DNA of 64,000 nucleotides, taken from Balanoglossus misakiensis. Its lineage: Eukaryota > Animalia > Hemichordata. The notes under the pieces are model-generated. The model had not been told where the DNA came from, did no database searches, and worked only from the letters and a program-made list of their open reading frames with translations. Made by a program: the position numbers and the translations under genes. Positions 34,723 through 51,306 of this stretch are shown one piece after another (position 1 is the stretch's first letter; each line of letters opens with the position of its first letter). The stretch is taken from positions 6,415,479 to 6,479,478 of the forward strand of contig CM082593.2 of the NCBI GenBank assembly GCA_040954595.2, in the 5' to 3' direction.

Positions 34723-37620
34723 GTTTTCTTTTTCAATAAGCAACATTCTGACATTCAATCAATCAATCAACTGAACAAAATTCTTAAATGTGAAAGGGGT
34801 TTGTCATTTGTCCGCGAAAATGACAACTTCGCCATGTTGAGAGGATCGGCACGACTTGAATTGTAGGAAACGGATCCAGGGCATTTTTAAATTTGGGATT
34901 CAAATTTATCATTTTTAGCAGTGGCCTGGTCATCAGTCATGGTTAACACGTGATAGAAAACTTCATGCTAAATCACTTCTGAAAGGATTGTATGTTGGTC
35001 TGGCGTGGATTGGCCATTTTGGTTTGCTACTGTTCTAAGAGATTCTCGGTTTGTACTTTTGTAGGAAGGACTGGTAATATTTTGCGGTCGAAAACTTAGA
35101 AAATGGACCAAAGGTTAACAATTACATTTTGTAATACAGTCGTTTTTATGTGGGTACAGTAAAATGTCGCTCAGGTCTCAACCTATCACCTGACACCTCG
35201 GCACATTTTTTTTTTAATTTTCGGTATAAATATGCACTGAGTTGAGGGGTCCATTCCTACCTCACCTTGGATCAACAGTAGGAAGTCGTGAGGCGGGTCT
35301 CGGTGATAAAGGCTCTGGTTTCTGGTTTCCAAACACCGTGTTTGTTGTGCGGCTGTCCTGGGACGTCGAAATTCTGTAAATTTCCAAAAAGATTCCCGGG
35401 CTAATGCCTCGCTAAAAGCAGTGTATTATGCTACATTCGTCGGCTGAGAAGGCTTTACAATAAATCCATTTAAAATGGTAAATCAGAGGGCACTTGAAAA
35501 AACACTCATCCGGGCTCCCTGTAATCCTACAAAAGCAGAAATCGTGTCCACATTATCTCGGCCGTTGTCTCGTCAATGGTGTTGGTTTTCTCCCTGGCCT
35601 GAAGTAGCCTTAACCGACCTTTCAATGCCCTGTAAGAGGAATCTCGAAATGCATGAAAAACAAACAAAATTTCAATATCCTTAACTTGTACTCTTCCGGG
35701 TTATTTTGTATCATAAGTTGACGTGTTAAAGTGTGTGTTTCATTGACTTCAGCTCTGGTGATGTAGTGCAGGTCTCCAAGCCGGGGATTTGGACAGGATG
35801 CACGTTCTGCGCACCATCTGAAAATGTGGTTTTACTTGAATGCTTACCTTTCCACGCTTTTATTTCGAATTAAAGAAATATCTGGGAGATGTCTTTTTTA
35901 GTGTGACTGTTAGCGCTCGCGGCGGCCAATAACAGAGCGGCCAACGAAGATGGTGTTCTTTCTAGAATCTTTGTACAAACTCGATGCCTAAAGGGACGGT
36001 CGCTAACAATAACACCCCTGGTCGTTCGTCCGGGACCCACAACGGTACGACACATCACGTAGAGCAACAAGACCCGCTCGGCCGGCATTGTTGCCGGCGT
36101 GTCAATAGTTGTGTGGTAGTGCCTCCGGTGAGAAAAGGAAACTGTTTGTTCGGCTTGTTTTCAAACTGAGAATTTGCGCCGGTAAACCCTCAAATCCCCG
36201 GCGAGGTAGCGGAATTTACACAGGTGTGAATAGCCCAGACCAGTCACCGCGACTCCGGTGGCCTGGTGGTGATATTTGTCGACTGCCCTGTCAACGAACT
36301 CGCTAACGGCCTTCTCAGTGTTGTTTCTATCCCGACCCCATTCAGGATATTCGTATTCTTCTTTTTGGTTAAATTGCAGGCTCGTTAGTAATGTGATGTA
36401 TTTGCTTAATCGAGTAGTACCGCAAACCTTGAATTCGTACATTCGCAGTTTGCTTGCTTCAAAACTATAACAATTACAGCATGTTTGCACGATCCTGTCA
36501 ACCCTGTGAATACTTATTTTAAAATGACCTAGCTGTTTGCTTATTTCACCATGCCCCTCAGAAAACTGAGAGATGCGAGGAACGGAGAAGAAAAAGACAT
36601 ATATTCCGAGAACCCACTAGGGGTAGGGTCAGAAAAAAGTGGAAGAATTTGACCAAACTGTCCAAAGAGTCTTTAGTAATCGTCTCTCAGTTCAATAAGA
36701 ATCTTTCATCCTATTATGAGAAAAACAAAAACATTTCACCTTGTACTCAGTCACAGAGTTTTGAAAACAGTAAGCCCCAAACAAAACAAATTTAAACTAG
36801 CTTGGTATTTTCTCGCTGGAATGCTGGACAAAACTCGCGAGCGCCATATTGGACGGAAATTCCCGTCGGCTCCGATAGCATGAAGGAAGTGCGGTATGAA
36901 CTTGAAACAACATGTGAACTTTATAAGACATGCGCATTTCATTTCCAACGGCACCGGTGTAAACATTAATTTTTTTTACCAATTTATATGACGACGGGCG
37001 TCCACTATCCGCTGGGAAAACAGCATTTGTTATTTTTAATGTAGCCATGAAATGAACAACTGCTAATTTGCCGAGGTAATACGATCACCTGGTTTGATGT
37101 ATTTGCACACAATGGAAATTGTACATTTATGCATTAAATATATATGTGTCCGCGTCTACCCTTGTTTGGCTACGTTGGTGGTTGACGCTAATCTAATTAG
37201 TTAACAGATATTGAATGGTCGCTGATGGGATTTTGTATAGTTAAAACTCTGGATTTGTTGCAGAGTGTTTTGATTTGCCCAAAGTGTGCGCTGTTAAGGG
37301 TTGTCGCCATTCCAGTCATGGTGTCTGTGGACTGTAATAGAGAGGAAGGTTTACTGTTTTGAATAGGAAGTTTTTTAACACGGAGGGGCGGGGTGTGGTC
37401 GAGGGGGGGGGGAGGGGGGAGTACGAAAGTCACAATAAATGCTGCCATTTTTCATTACTCTCTGTCAGTTGGAGCTTTCGGATATCCGTTTCGTTATGGT
37501 ATTACCCACAGATGGTGCCCTGCCTCGCTGTTTTGTGTTATCTGATGACTCTAAATGATGTGTACCCGTCTTTCTATATTACCACCTGTGTTGTATTGCT
37601 TTGGTTGTTTGTCTGGTGCT

Positions 37621-37631
37621 GATGATGGTGG

Positions 37632-37710
<79 letters not shown>
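37621..37710. repeat. (GAT)n microsatellite
   Basis: Direct reading. Confidence 0.97.
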
Positions 37711-39976
37711 AGAATTATATTAAGAGTAGGCTAGAAATCTTTTGAGTTGCGTGAGTGAGAGAGAGAGAGAAAGACAGTCAGAGACAGAACAAATGAGAAA
37801 TTATCAACAAACAATTATATCCGTTCGTGAATGCTCGTGCAATATCGAAATCGGTGTCTCGTCTCGAGTTTCAGCGTCGCAATAAATGCATCATTAAATG
37901 TTGTCTTTTAGTTTACACAAAGACGGAGACATGGTTCATCTTCGATTGACTCGAACAATAAAATGTAATCAACTCAGCCGATTTCAGACATATAAGATGG
38001 TTTTAGCATCTCAAAATCGATACGGATGGTATAAGGTCGGCCAGGACAAATCGTTAATGATTGGTTTAACACACATCTAAATTTAATATATTTTCATTAT
38101 GTGTCATGTTTGTGTACGACAGTTTATTAAAGCATGGCTGTCAGAACGCGACTCAGCGGAGATATCATTCACGCGGCAAATGTCAAAACTATCGATAATT
38201 TCCGCCATCGGTGCAAATTTAGTCTCAAGAAAAACGATAGTGTCATGAGTCTGTCAAAAGGTTGATGATCGCCTCGGGGTTCTTGATGTTTTAAGTAACG
38301 GTAATCGTTGTCCTGGATAGAGTTGACGCGAACAAGACACAGTCACCAACGTTTGACAAACCCTCGCTCGTAATATAAAATCTGTATGTCGTTAACCGTC
38401 ATATTTTGGCCAACCAAAACACCTGTGACAACGTGGTTGTCGTTATCGACTTAGAGGTTCTTGTTATAGGAGTAGGTTCGAGACTGAAGAAAATGTATTT
38501 TTCAAGAAAAAAATGTAAGAGTAGAAAATGTGGAGCTTTTTTCCACAAATCTGTATAACGGTTTGTATAAATTAGGCCGAAAACTGGCACAAAAGTACAT
38601 CCGTGCGCGCAGATTGAACTTAGAGGGAAAAAAATCCGGTGACATAGAAAGGTGCTTTGCGTTTGCATAGCGAGAGTTGTAGTTTGGTTGATTGACAGTT
38701 TTTTAATGTCAAATAGCATGTGTCGTGGAAGCCGTTTGCTTACTCCGTCGTCAGGGTTGACCTCATCCTCTGACCGCAAAACGATATGTTTATATATCGA
38801 CTGGAAGAGCGCCGTCAATCAAGCAGGGGATTTGAACGGCGCTCACGGAGGTGTGCGGCTCTCCGGTAATGCTATCCCGCACGTTCTGTTTACCTAACCG
38901 CTAAATGCAGCGGATTTCATCCGTCGAAATGGATTTTGCGCTTTCAGGAACAGAATGCGGGGTGACCCGGAAAGTCTCGCTAAAACCCGGCTTAGCTTTC
39001 CTGCCCACTGCGTCCATTATATACCCCCTTCTTTGATGTGCCCCATACAGGCTGACAGACCCTCGCTTGTTATAATTGCCCAGCCCGGTGTAAGGAATTT
39101 CAGAAGGGCAGTTTACCGTGCAAAGAAAGTGGGTGTGCTTTATACGCATCAATTAAGCAAAAGCACACAGTGGGTATAGAGGCGAGTACATCTATGCTTT
39201 TGCTGTGTAAATTTCGGAGGATATTAAAAGTAATTGGCACCCTTTCGACGGGAATCACATTGTGTGTCGAACACGATTTCCTTTCTCTGGTTAAACCACC
39301 CCGGGCGTTTTTGTTTTTTGAGATCGAATCCACGCCATTTACAGCAGTCTGTGTTGGTGCAAGCGATAAGCTGAGAGCAAGGTCGTTGTGATTCGTGCCT
39401 ATTGGCGCCTTTCTCAACTTTTACCGTCTTTCCTGGTCGCGCCCCCGCGGCTTGTTGTCTCTCCGTTCGTTGAATCCTGTCCGTATCCGCAGGTAGTGAA
39501 AACGACACTCCGCCGGTGTAATTGTTGTTTTCGTATATTGTAACTCGCCTATTGTCGGCGGGATATTAAAACGCGCCGTGCGAAGATCGAGAAAACATAC
39601 ATTTTGTTGTCAAACATATCAAAGCAAGCACCGTCATTGGTACCATGAAATTTCTCCCTCATTACTTCTCCACTCCCAACCCGTCAACAATAAACACCTT
39701 CTTCATTAACCCGAAGATCAACCTCAGTCACGCCAGGTATACGTCTATGACACTATACTATTGTGACAACACTTGCAACAGCGGCTCTAGATAACAATAA
39801 TAAAAAATACAACAGTTTTGGCCATTGTGAGAATGGATAATACCGCTTTGTGAAGTCCTTTTCTTGAAAATGTTGCTACAGTCTGGTTAATGGCTGCAGA
39901 AATGCTTTGAAACGGACGGGCGCGACTCATGACTGGTACACGATGACTCTCTGTGTCCCAGGTATTATTGTGTGGC

Positions 39977-40297
39977 TATAATTAAGCAATAAAACACCCC
40001 CAGCCATGGTATATCACGAGATTTTGACCAGTTCACAACATATACGCACGAGCGATAGCGAGTGCGTATATGGAGTTGAACTGGTCAAAATCGAGTGGTA
40101 TACCATGGCTGGGGGTGTTTTATTGCTATTATATTATGCCAGTATATTGAAACTTTGCATAAAACGTTTTAAAAAGGCATTTTCTTTAACTATGATATAT
40201 GACTGTGGTATATGGCTAATATATCACGGTCACGTGTCGTGTCTCGACCAATCAAATAGCGTGATTTACACCATCAATATACTGGTATAATATAATT
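39977..40297. mobile_element. Non-autonomous double-hairpin DNA element (Crypton-like, tentative)
   Basis: Long inverted repeat 39985-40127; second inverted repeat 40128-40150 vs 40274-40296; TATAATT direct repeat at both ends; no ORF. Confidence 0.6.
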
Positions 40298-41944
40298 CAC
40301 ATCATTGCATTTTCATTGCACGGCCGCGCCGCGATCCCGCATTCCTAACGGTCGACCGTTTGTAAGTTGTCGTTCTACTCAGAAATTCATCGTCTGCTTT
40401 TCGTTCATCGATGTGAAGTTTGATTCCGCGGTACGGTATTCACCCCGGTTCACTCACACTCACTCGTATACGCGACTGTTGTTGGTGTTTGTATATTGGG
40501 TTGCAACTTTTGAATTTCTTTTCGTGAAATTTAATTAAACGGAGATTTGCGAAGGGATCCTCCCCTACAAATAGTTAAGGACACTGACGCACTGTACTTA
40601 ATATCAGATCATCAAGAAAACGAATAGTTTGCCTCGGGTCGTTTCGGGACGTTACACTTGTAGACAAGTAGATGAGGGAGAATTCCTTGAAGGACGGGGC
40701 ATTCAACGCAAGTGACCCTCAGAAAATTCAGGAGTGTAAACTACACACAGAAGGACTTTGAATTGAGGGGTGTAGATCATTCACGAGGCCATGCAGAATG
40801 CCCGTGAATGGAGTTGATCTCAATTAACACGATAGGGTGCTACTTGCATGGCCTCACGTGACCTATACAACTACCGTTGGTGACACGAGCGAGAAAAAAT
40901 ACAGGGAAAGGTGGAGATTACGGCGTGATTGGTGAATCACGTGACTAACCGACAAAAAAGGTGCACCTCGCTTTGTTTTGTGCACGAATGTACCTCAATA
41001 AATCTTACATTCTCAGAAGTTTTAAATGAAACACGCCCGTTCTGGATTAATGACCTCCTTCGTGAATATTTAACACGTTGAACTCAACCCCATAAACAAT
41101 GTAATGTAAATGAAAGCCTCTATGAAGATAGATGATAATTATAAAACAGACATAACAAAGCCATCAAACATGAGTTATATCAAAGTTCCTTCGCTTTATT
41201 TAATTTTAAAGTCATATTTACCCATAGACTACTGTCTATGATTTACCAGTCTCTATTGGAATTTAAATAAAACATATGGTCACTGAATGTCGATATACAC
41301 AAATGATTCCATTTACCCGTCCATTGTACAGGAAAAAAGCAAACGTTTACAAGCCCACCGTCTGCACAGTATAGGTGTCGCCTGGTCCTAAAGTCCTCTC
41401 GTGTAGAATTTATCGCTGATAAAGAATCGTGTAAAATTATTGATTTTGCGACTTATATAAAGACAGTTCAGTTCTGATCAGTTCAAGACAATTAATGGGT
41501 TTTGATACCAAACCCGAAAAGTTTCAAGTCTATCTTATTCGCCATAACAATCGCATCCACTCTGACGTTGAAAGCCAATAGTGGTGACGTCGTGGAATTC
41601 GTACGGTCGCCCAGTACACCAGATGTCGATGACGTAATGCCTTGGTACACTTCTAAACGATGTTTAACCGATTTAATGCTCTGTCGTCTGGAATTTCAAA
41701 GTTCAAGTTTTTATAGTTCTACCAAGCCAGAATTTTATGGAATTAGCGCAAATAAATTACATTAAGGTATCACCAAATTTGATGAAATTGAAACACCAGG
41801 TGAAAGTCATATTTGAACTCCAGATGATTTCTTCATTGTGAGATTGTTTTCTTGTGAGATTTGGTGAAATTGATGAAGGTATACACAGAGTAGTTCCCTG
41901 AAGGCACAGCTTCCGAACGTCGAGGTGACGAAGACGCGAAAACT

Positions 41945-44685
<2,741 letters not shown>

Positions 44686-44777
44686 GTTTACCTGGAATGT
44701 ACAATGTGGTAAAGAAATTGACACATTTAATGTAATATATCGTCATATGTACTTGTTATCTACTACATGTATTATTT

Positions 44778-44845
44778 AGTGTAGTGCAGTGCAGTGTAGT
44801 GTCATGTAATGTAGTATGGTCTGGTGTGGTGTGGTGTGGTGTGGT
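44778..44845. repeat. Degenerate pentanucleotide (GTAGT/GTGGT) repeat
   Basis: Direct reading. Confidence 0.8.
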
Positions 44846-45343
44846 TTAACGGACAGGCTAGCCTTTCAGAGATCCGACAGATTCGATGTGCTCTTGGGGA
44901 TTTGGGGACTCTCTTCCCCGATGAGAATGAGTGTCCACTCCACCTTCGTGTTTTGTGATCTTGTCTGAAAGGATTACTGAGACGTGCTTTTAATCAACTT
45001 AACGTCTCATGCTAGGCTGTTAGTTTAGTCCAAATCGGATTCAGTAGAGAGAATGACAGTTGTGGATTTCAGACAACTCCGTGTATATTGCCATACACTG
45101 CAGTAACACAACTAACGCAGATTGTCGTCATCAACAATCAATGCTGTAGCAAATCTCGCTACCTCAATTAATTTTAACCCTCTGCAGAGGACTGGAGCAT
45201 ATCGTTTGAAGTAGCGCTGGAAATATCGTATCCAAACATGTTCAATCAGTATTTGACACAATCGCCCAGTGAAAGCAAAATCTGTTAAACTATAGACGAT
45301 AAATAATTCATCTAAAATCGTTTCGCCTACGTAAGTTTACTAA

Positions 45344-45387
45344 CTCTTATAAAACAGTATTTTTCTGTATTGTATTTTCTTAACTCC
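45344..45387 (-). promoter_or_regulatory. Dmbx-B proximal conserved element / TATA-like candidate (paralogous to 29571-29616)
   Basis: ctcttataaaacagtattttt...tattttctt is shared with paralog A. Confidence 0.55.
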
Positions 45388-45874
45388 ATAGTGATATAAA
45401 TAATACTAAGTTTGGTTTGAGTTCGATTACAAACCCTGGAGGTATCCCGTGCTTCGATTAATAACTAAAAAATCATTCATTTTATGGCCCAAGATTCTAT
45501 ACGTTCTGTAGCTAAACGTCTTTCAAAGTATTTTTTAAATGTTTTATTAATGATATAGTATTCTGATTCTTGTACTGGGAATCCTGAAAAATCGCTCGCT
45601 GTACCGTTATAAAGGTAACATTCTGTCCCGCGATAAAATTCGTTGTCTTTGTGTTCTTCTGAAAAAAGACAAGCTTTGACAGTTAATTATGACCTCGTCG
45701 TCTGATTGATTCAATCGGGTGAGGAATCTCACGCCAGTATGTAGTGATGTCCCTGGGCCGAATGCGTGGTTTCATACGAACTTGTGACGCTCTCTGAGAT
45801 AGTTTCTTCGGCTAAATATCAGGAGAATGACTCCTATGTCTGGACCAGCCAAAGACATTACCCCGCCTCCCCCA

Positions 45875-46150
45875 GGTATAATCACACCAGCAGACAAATC
45901 CCGAGCTTATCGGCGCATTTGCCGCGGACAAAGTCGTTTCAGGCAAATTAACTGCAGAATGCCCCCTTTGTGTACGACTCTGCTACAGTTTAAAAAGTGT
46001 CTTCGATTTTGCTTCGGCAAATAAAAGAACGAAAGGGAAGAAAAAAGGTACAGCCATACACGAAACAGGGCGAAGAATCGATGCAAGCGAACCGAGGGCG
46101 TATCGAATGCATCAATTATAATTGGCGTTACACAGATTTATATTTAATAT
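45875..46150. promoter_or_regulatory. Conserved non-coding block ~1.4 kb upstream of Dmbx-B
   Basis: Paralogous to 30420-30740. Confidence 0.7.
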
Positions 46151-46739
46151 GTTTCTTTAAAAGCTTTGTTCGTCTCGTAATGCTTTTTCATGCGATGAAT
46201 GTTCGGACAATTTAAAAGGGGTAGAACGGAAAGCGGCCCTGTTCTGTTTTCATTCGAGCAGCACTCCGCGGATCGATAAACCTTTCCTCGAAACGCGGCG
46301 CGATGGCGGCTAAGCCCAACAGTTATTCTTCTTCGGCTGCCGGTGTTGTGTTTGACAATGTAAAAGGCACCGTAGTTATCGATGCCCCCGAGGGGTGAAT
46401 GGAGAAAAAGTTCGATGCTTTTGAAAATGTGGGGCTCTTTTAGAGCTTATTCCGGTGTTTTTTTTGCTTTCACTGACTGAATTGATAAACAACGCGAACG
46501 ATTTCAAGTTCATCGCGATGGTCTGTCAATGACGTGGAGGTCATTTCCCCGCTTGGTTTCTCCAGTCCTCTGGACCGCTTGCCTTGCTAAACTTCAGGTG
46601 AACGAGTACACACCTTTTACATTGTGCGTATATTTCTGTCACATAATGCTAATATCACCGTGTAGATGGTGGAAATGTACAATAACATGCAACTGTGAGA
46701 TTGTTGATGGGAAACATTCTGAATTGGAGAGATATGGCG

Positions 46740-46770
46740 AGAGGGAGAGAGAGAGAGAGAGAGAGAGAGA
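46740..46770. repeat. (GA)n microsatellite
   Basis: Direct reading. Confidence 0.9.
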
Positions 46771-47604
46771 AAAATGACAGATAGAGAGACAGAGACAGAG
46801 GGGCAATCAGTGAGGCACGCCTGTCCTTCGCCATTTCTAACCTGCAAGCCGCGCATGGTTGCCACGGACCCCTTTCCCTTCGTCACAATGCGATGATTAT
46901 AACACGCGCTGTAGTCCCAAAACGAATCCTGTGGATAAAAACATGTCTATATTTCCACCCAACAGAGCCATAAACTTTTTCATGACACATCAATCGAGAA
47001 GTTGGTGGATGGGGCAATAAATGTCGCTTCCTAGCTAAAGCATGTCGAGACACCTGACATTCGAATCATAAAAAAACGACATAAAAATTGAAAATTTGTG
47101 GTGTACGCTCAACTGGAAAACGATTTAAGGTTTGATTTTACGAAAACGCTTTCGTATCTCCTTTGACAAGCATAAAATAAGATGCCATGGACTTTTGCGG
47201 TTCACCGTTTTGTCGACGCTGAACGCGTTAGAATTAAATGAAATCGGCTGGTGTTGGCTATCTGTTTTATCAATTCCCGGAAAACGAATTAATATAGTGG
47301 TGTTACAGTTGCATTGAGTATAATTTGTGAATTTGTTTGGTTCTTAGGTTCGTTGCGTTGTAAAAAAAAACTCAGGTTCTTCGCAAAACATCAACACACA
47401 TGGAAGTTTCCGCAAGTACAAAACGAGGGTGCGATTGCGTGAAATTGATTAGTGTAGCTTTCCAAACGAGATTTCAGACGGACGGAAATACTGATATCTA
47501 TATTTTTAAGTACATCTCAAGAACAATCGGAGTGGGTGGGATATTTGCAGAGCTAAGTAGCTGCCCGTCCATCAGAAAGTTGACATAACTGGGGGGAAAT
47601 GTGT

Positions 47605-47692
47605 TAATGGGGGAATTAGAAGTGGAGGATTAACCCATCAAAGTAAGGAACTATTGACGGATTCGCTGGCTACTTTGCGCCGCGGATGTGTA
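47605..47692. promoter_or_regulatory. Conserved non-coding block ~3 kb upstream of Dmbx-B
   Basis: Paralogous to 31942-32028; contains the K50 site GGATTA. Confidence 0.65.
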
Positions 47693-50451
47693 ATCAACTT
47701 GTGTGCTCAGATTTTAGTGAACACACTACAAAAACCCGCGTCCAAATAAACACTCCTGTTTGTACACGTTTTTACCGTGGTCATGCGATTATTTATAGCA
47801 GTAGCACCACCAAACACGGTGGGTCCAGCCCTGACATGCAGGAGATCTCTAACATGAAATACGTCATTAAAATTCGTCAATACTTGCGTGGTTAGAGAGC
47901 GGTTTTAGGAAATATGCACGGACGCGATTTCAATCACCGCGCGCCGCAGTGCCAGTGCGTCACCGCGTGGACTGATCGCGCGCAGACGCAGCTGGCAACG
48001 CGGGACGCGTCCGCGCAACGAAATCCCAACCACCTGCGAGAGTCTGAACATTAAATTGGGATTATCGAGAAACAAACAATGAAGGTGTTGATTACACAGC
48101 GCTATAGCCGATACAACTGTATTAAAACCAGTTGAAATGGACATCTTTAACTGACAGTAAATTGTTCTACAAACAAGACAAGGCAAAGCAATTATACATT
48201 GAGTTGTATTGAGCCCTTCGCTGATTAAACAAACGATTAAAAAAGATATATGTGTTATTGCTTATGGTAAACTGCTTAAATTAAGAGATTCGTCAATTAT
48301 TTTCTTTATTAATCAGGCAATGTATGTATTTTAGTTAGAACACCTATTCATATTTAACAATACAATCTTAAATTTTCTCAGTGGTACATGTATTTTCAAA
48401 AGTGAAGTTTTTCAACGATTTTTTATGGGCCGCGTCATCCACAAAACTTCTAAATGTATATCTCTTTTCTAACTAACTACCCGAATGTACGAGGATGTAT
48501 TAAAGGGAAACGAAAATTCTCAATTTGCCTCCTTGCATACAGTAATATAGCTATCAGAAATTTTGGTACGCGTGTATAAGTTCACCGGTATTGCTCAGTT
48601 TAATTCTTCACATAGTGAGTCCATGAACACTTTTGAAAAACACAATTGTAAAGCAGAGATACTCTAGTTTAAACATATCTTGGTTGAAGTCAATTTGAAC
48701 ACACTGAAACTTCTATTGCTTAATATTTTTTCCGCCGTATCAAAGAGTTTCAATCTAAAGTAATGAACGCAGATAGGTGAAATGCATTAATTTTCCAATA
48801 CACTAAAAAATAACCACGGTATCAGACTCAAAAGATGACCGATTATTAACAGGTGAATATTTTTTTCGTGTTTAGTTACGAGAACCACGCAAAAAACACT
48901 TTAAGTTTTACCTTATTCTACCTGCTTCCCCGAGACAACGACGGAACAATCTGCGAGTCACTCTTGAATTTGATGTTATTGCGGGAGCGCGTGACAATCC
49001 AGGTATTTGGTTAAGACGCCACCACTGAAATGAACTCCGGCGCTCTGAGACAGGATAGGCTTGTCTCTCTCCAATTCCTGAATTGTTCAATGGGTGCCTT
49101 TGTTTGTACGCAGGGGGGTATAGTACGACCCCCTAGGCTGACAGCAATTCACGGTACCCGCCCACTTTCTTCCAAATCGACGCCTCTTTTTTCAGGCATG
49201 AATGCCAAGCGCCTGTAAAGTTTGTTTAAATTTGACGACATGTACCCACCCATGTTTATCATCATTTTGTCGTCGATTTCAGTCCTCGGAAACCAGTTTC
49301 AAATGCACATGTCTCTAGTAGGGTAGCTCGGAGGGGGTATACCACACACACACAAGAAAAGGTCTCCCATACCCGATTAGCGGATCTTTCGAGACGGTAG
49401 TGTCAATATATGCCAAGCGTGCGCATGCAAGCCGGTACACTCTAAAAATGCGACCTTATGTAAACTGCTCGGGTGCAGACCTCCATTGTAAAGAAAAAGA
49501 AGGGATATTTAGAATAAAACTTGGGGTTTTTAAAGTGTCAATCACCGCCGGAAAGCAGCGAGAGCATCCGTCGGTCACCGAAACCACAAGCCGCCGTTTC
49601 CGTGCGTTGTCTTGGATATTCACCGTTTCTTGGGGGGGGGGGGGGGTAGACGGATTTGTGTGCATGAAGTTAAGCTCATCTCTACAGCATGGGTCACTAG
49701 TCAAATGCATTACTGTAGGTGACGATACAATTTGGTGGATCTCGGCCCAGAACTAATACAGTCACCGTTGGTGCCTTCAGCGGGAATGTGACCAAAACTA
49801 CATATTTATAGAATCTAAATTAAAGGTATACAGTCACCTATGGAGAATTCACTATACATGTAGTTACCGCGGCAAATTGAGATCGAGCCAGTCACAGATT
49901 TTTAGATTGCAATAAAATGAAACTAACAGAGAACGTTCAACAGTTATGTGCCTTATGGTCAAGGTGTTTGTGATCCCCGCAGCGATTGAGCAATCTGCAA
50001 AAGCGATTGACCGGTTCTGTGTGAAAGCATCGCTTTGGACTATCTTTGCCAAATCGAGTCCGTAGCATTTTATCGACAGGCTATGGTAGAAAGAATTCTT
50101 GTTGCTTTTGCTCTGTTTTGTACCGTCAATCAAATCGATGGTCGACTTATTTCAGGGTTTATGCTCGTGAAAGCGACTGCCAGTCTTGCGCACAAAAAAG
50201 ACGATTACTTACTGTAAGCAGGCGAGGCGAGGCGGGGTATGTTTCATCAGCTGATCAGATTTCCTATAGACTTCGATCTGACAACGGTGTCTGTAAAACC
50301 GCGCTTAACTCACCCTATTACATATCCATTGAAGTTAGCTTTGGTTAGCCTTGTATACGGAATGCCACCAAAACAATTAGGTGGTTTGTGAAGGTTGAAA
50401 TGGGGACGTCGGGAATTTTGGCAGATCACATGAAACTGAATAGTCCTCGTT

Positions 50452-50880
50452 TTATTTTGGTCAATTAAGTAAAAGCCCCCATCGGTGCGTACAATGCGCG
50501 AAATCCGCCCCTTTCTAGTCGTGATCTTTTCTGTCATTGAAAACATTTCATTTCGGGTAAACAGGAGACCCGGACCCTCTAAAGAAGGCGCTGTGTTTTC
50601 GTAAGTAAACTGCCGTCGGGTGTTTTTCATTTAGACAGAAAACTGCATTTTCTGAAGACAGGGCTACGAAACTGATTAGCTGGATCTCGTAATGTTATCT
50701 TAATTCGCGGGGTATTGTCGGTGCCCATGGAAAGCTGCAATATCGCAGATTAGGCGCGTTTTCTATATACCCTTTCAGCGTTTTTCGTCTTTTCCCACTG
50801 AGCCGTGAAATGGACACTCCAGCGGTTGATTATAACACAACAAGTGCGAACAAAGTGTGCATGTCGCTGTGAAATGTACA
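50452..50880. promoter_or_regulatory. Conserved non-coding block ~6 kb upstream of Dmbx-B
   Basis: Paralogous to 34285-34722. Confidence 0.7.
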
Positions 50881-51264
50881 ACGCCGCTGCGACTCTGTTA
50901 AGTGAGCAGAGTGGAGGAAGGAAATCCGAACACTGGGCGGACGAACCTGGCGTATCTAACACGCCGTGATCAGTGAATTCGCTTTGTGTTTTTTTCGGGT
51001 TTTCGTGTTCATCTTGTTAAGGTTAGGGTGTGAATGGGTAATTACGTGAAGTATAGGATGGTAAAATTGGCGTTGATCATGGAAATTATGATGGTTGCAC
51101 CACTTAGAGGAATAATATCTATAAATGTATGTTTTCCATTCTTTTGTCCTGTGTATCATCGCGTTGAAGAAAGTGTTGTCTGATTTGGCAGCGAGACCTG
51201 CGAATATTATACAGCCAGCGTAAGTAGTTTTGTTGAGGGAAATCGAATTTTTGTCGTGACTATA

Positions 51265-51306
51265 ATGGTGGTGGTGGTGGTGATGATGATGATGATTGTG
51301 GTGGTG
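51265..51306. repeat. (GGT)n(GAT)n trinucleotide microsatellite
   Basis: Direct reading. Confidence 0.9.
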
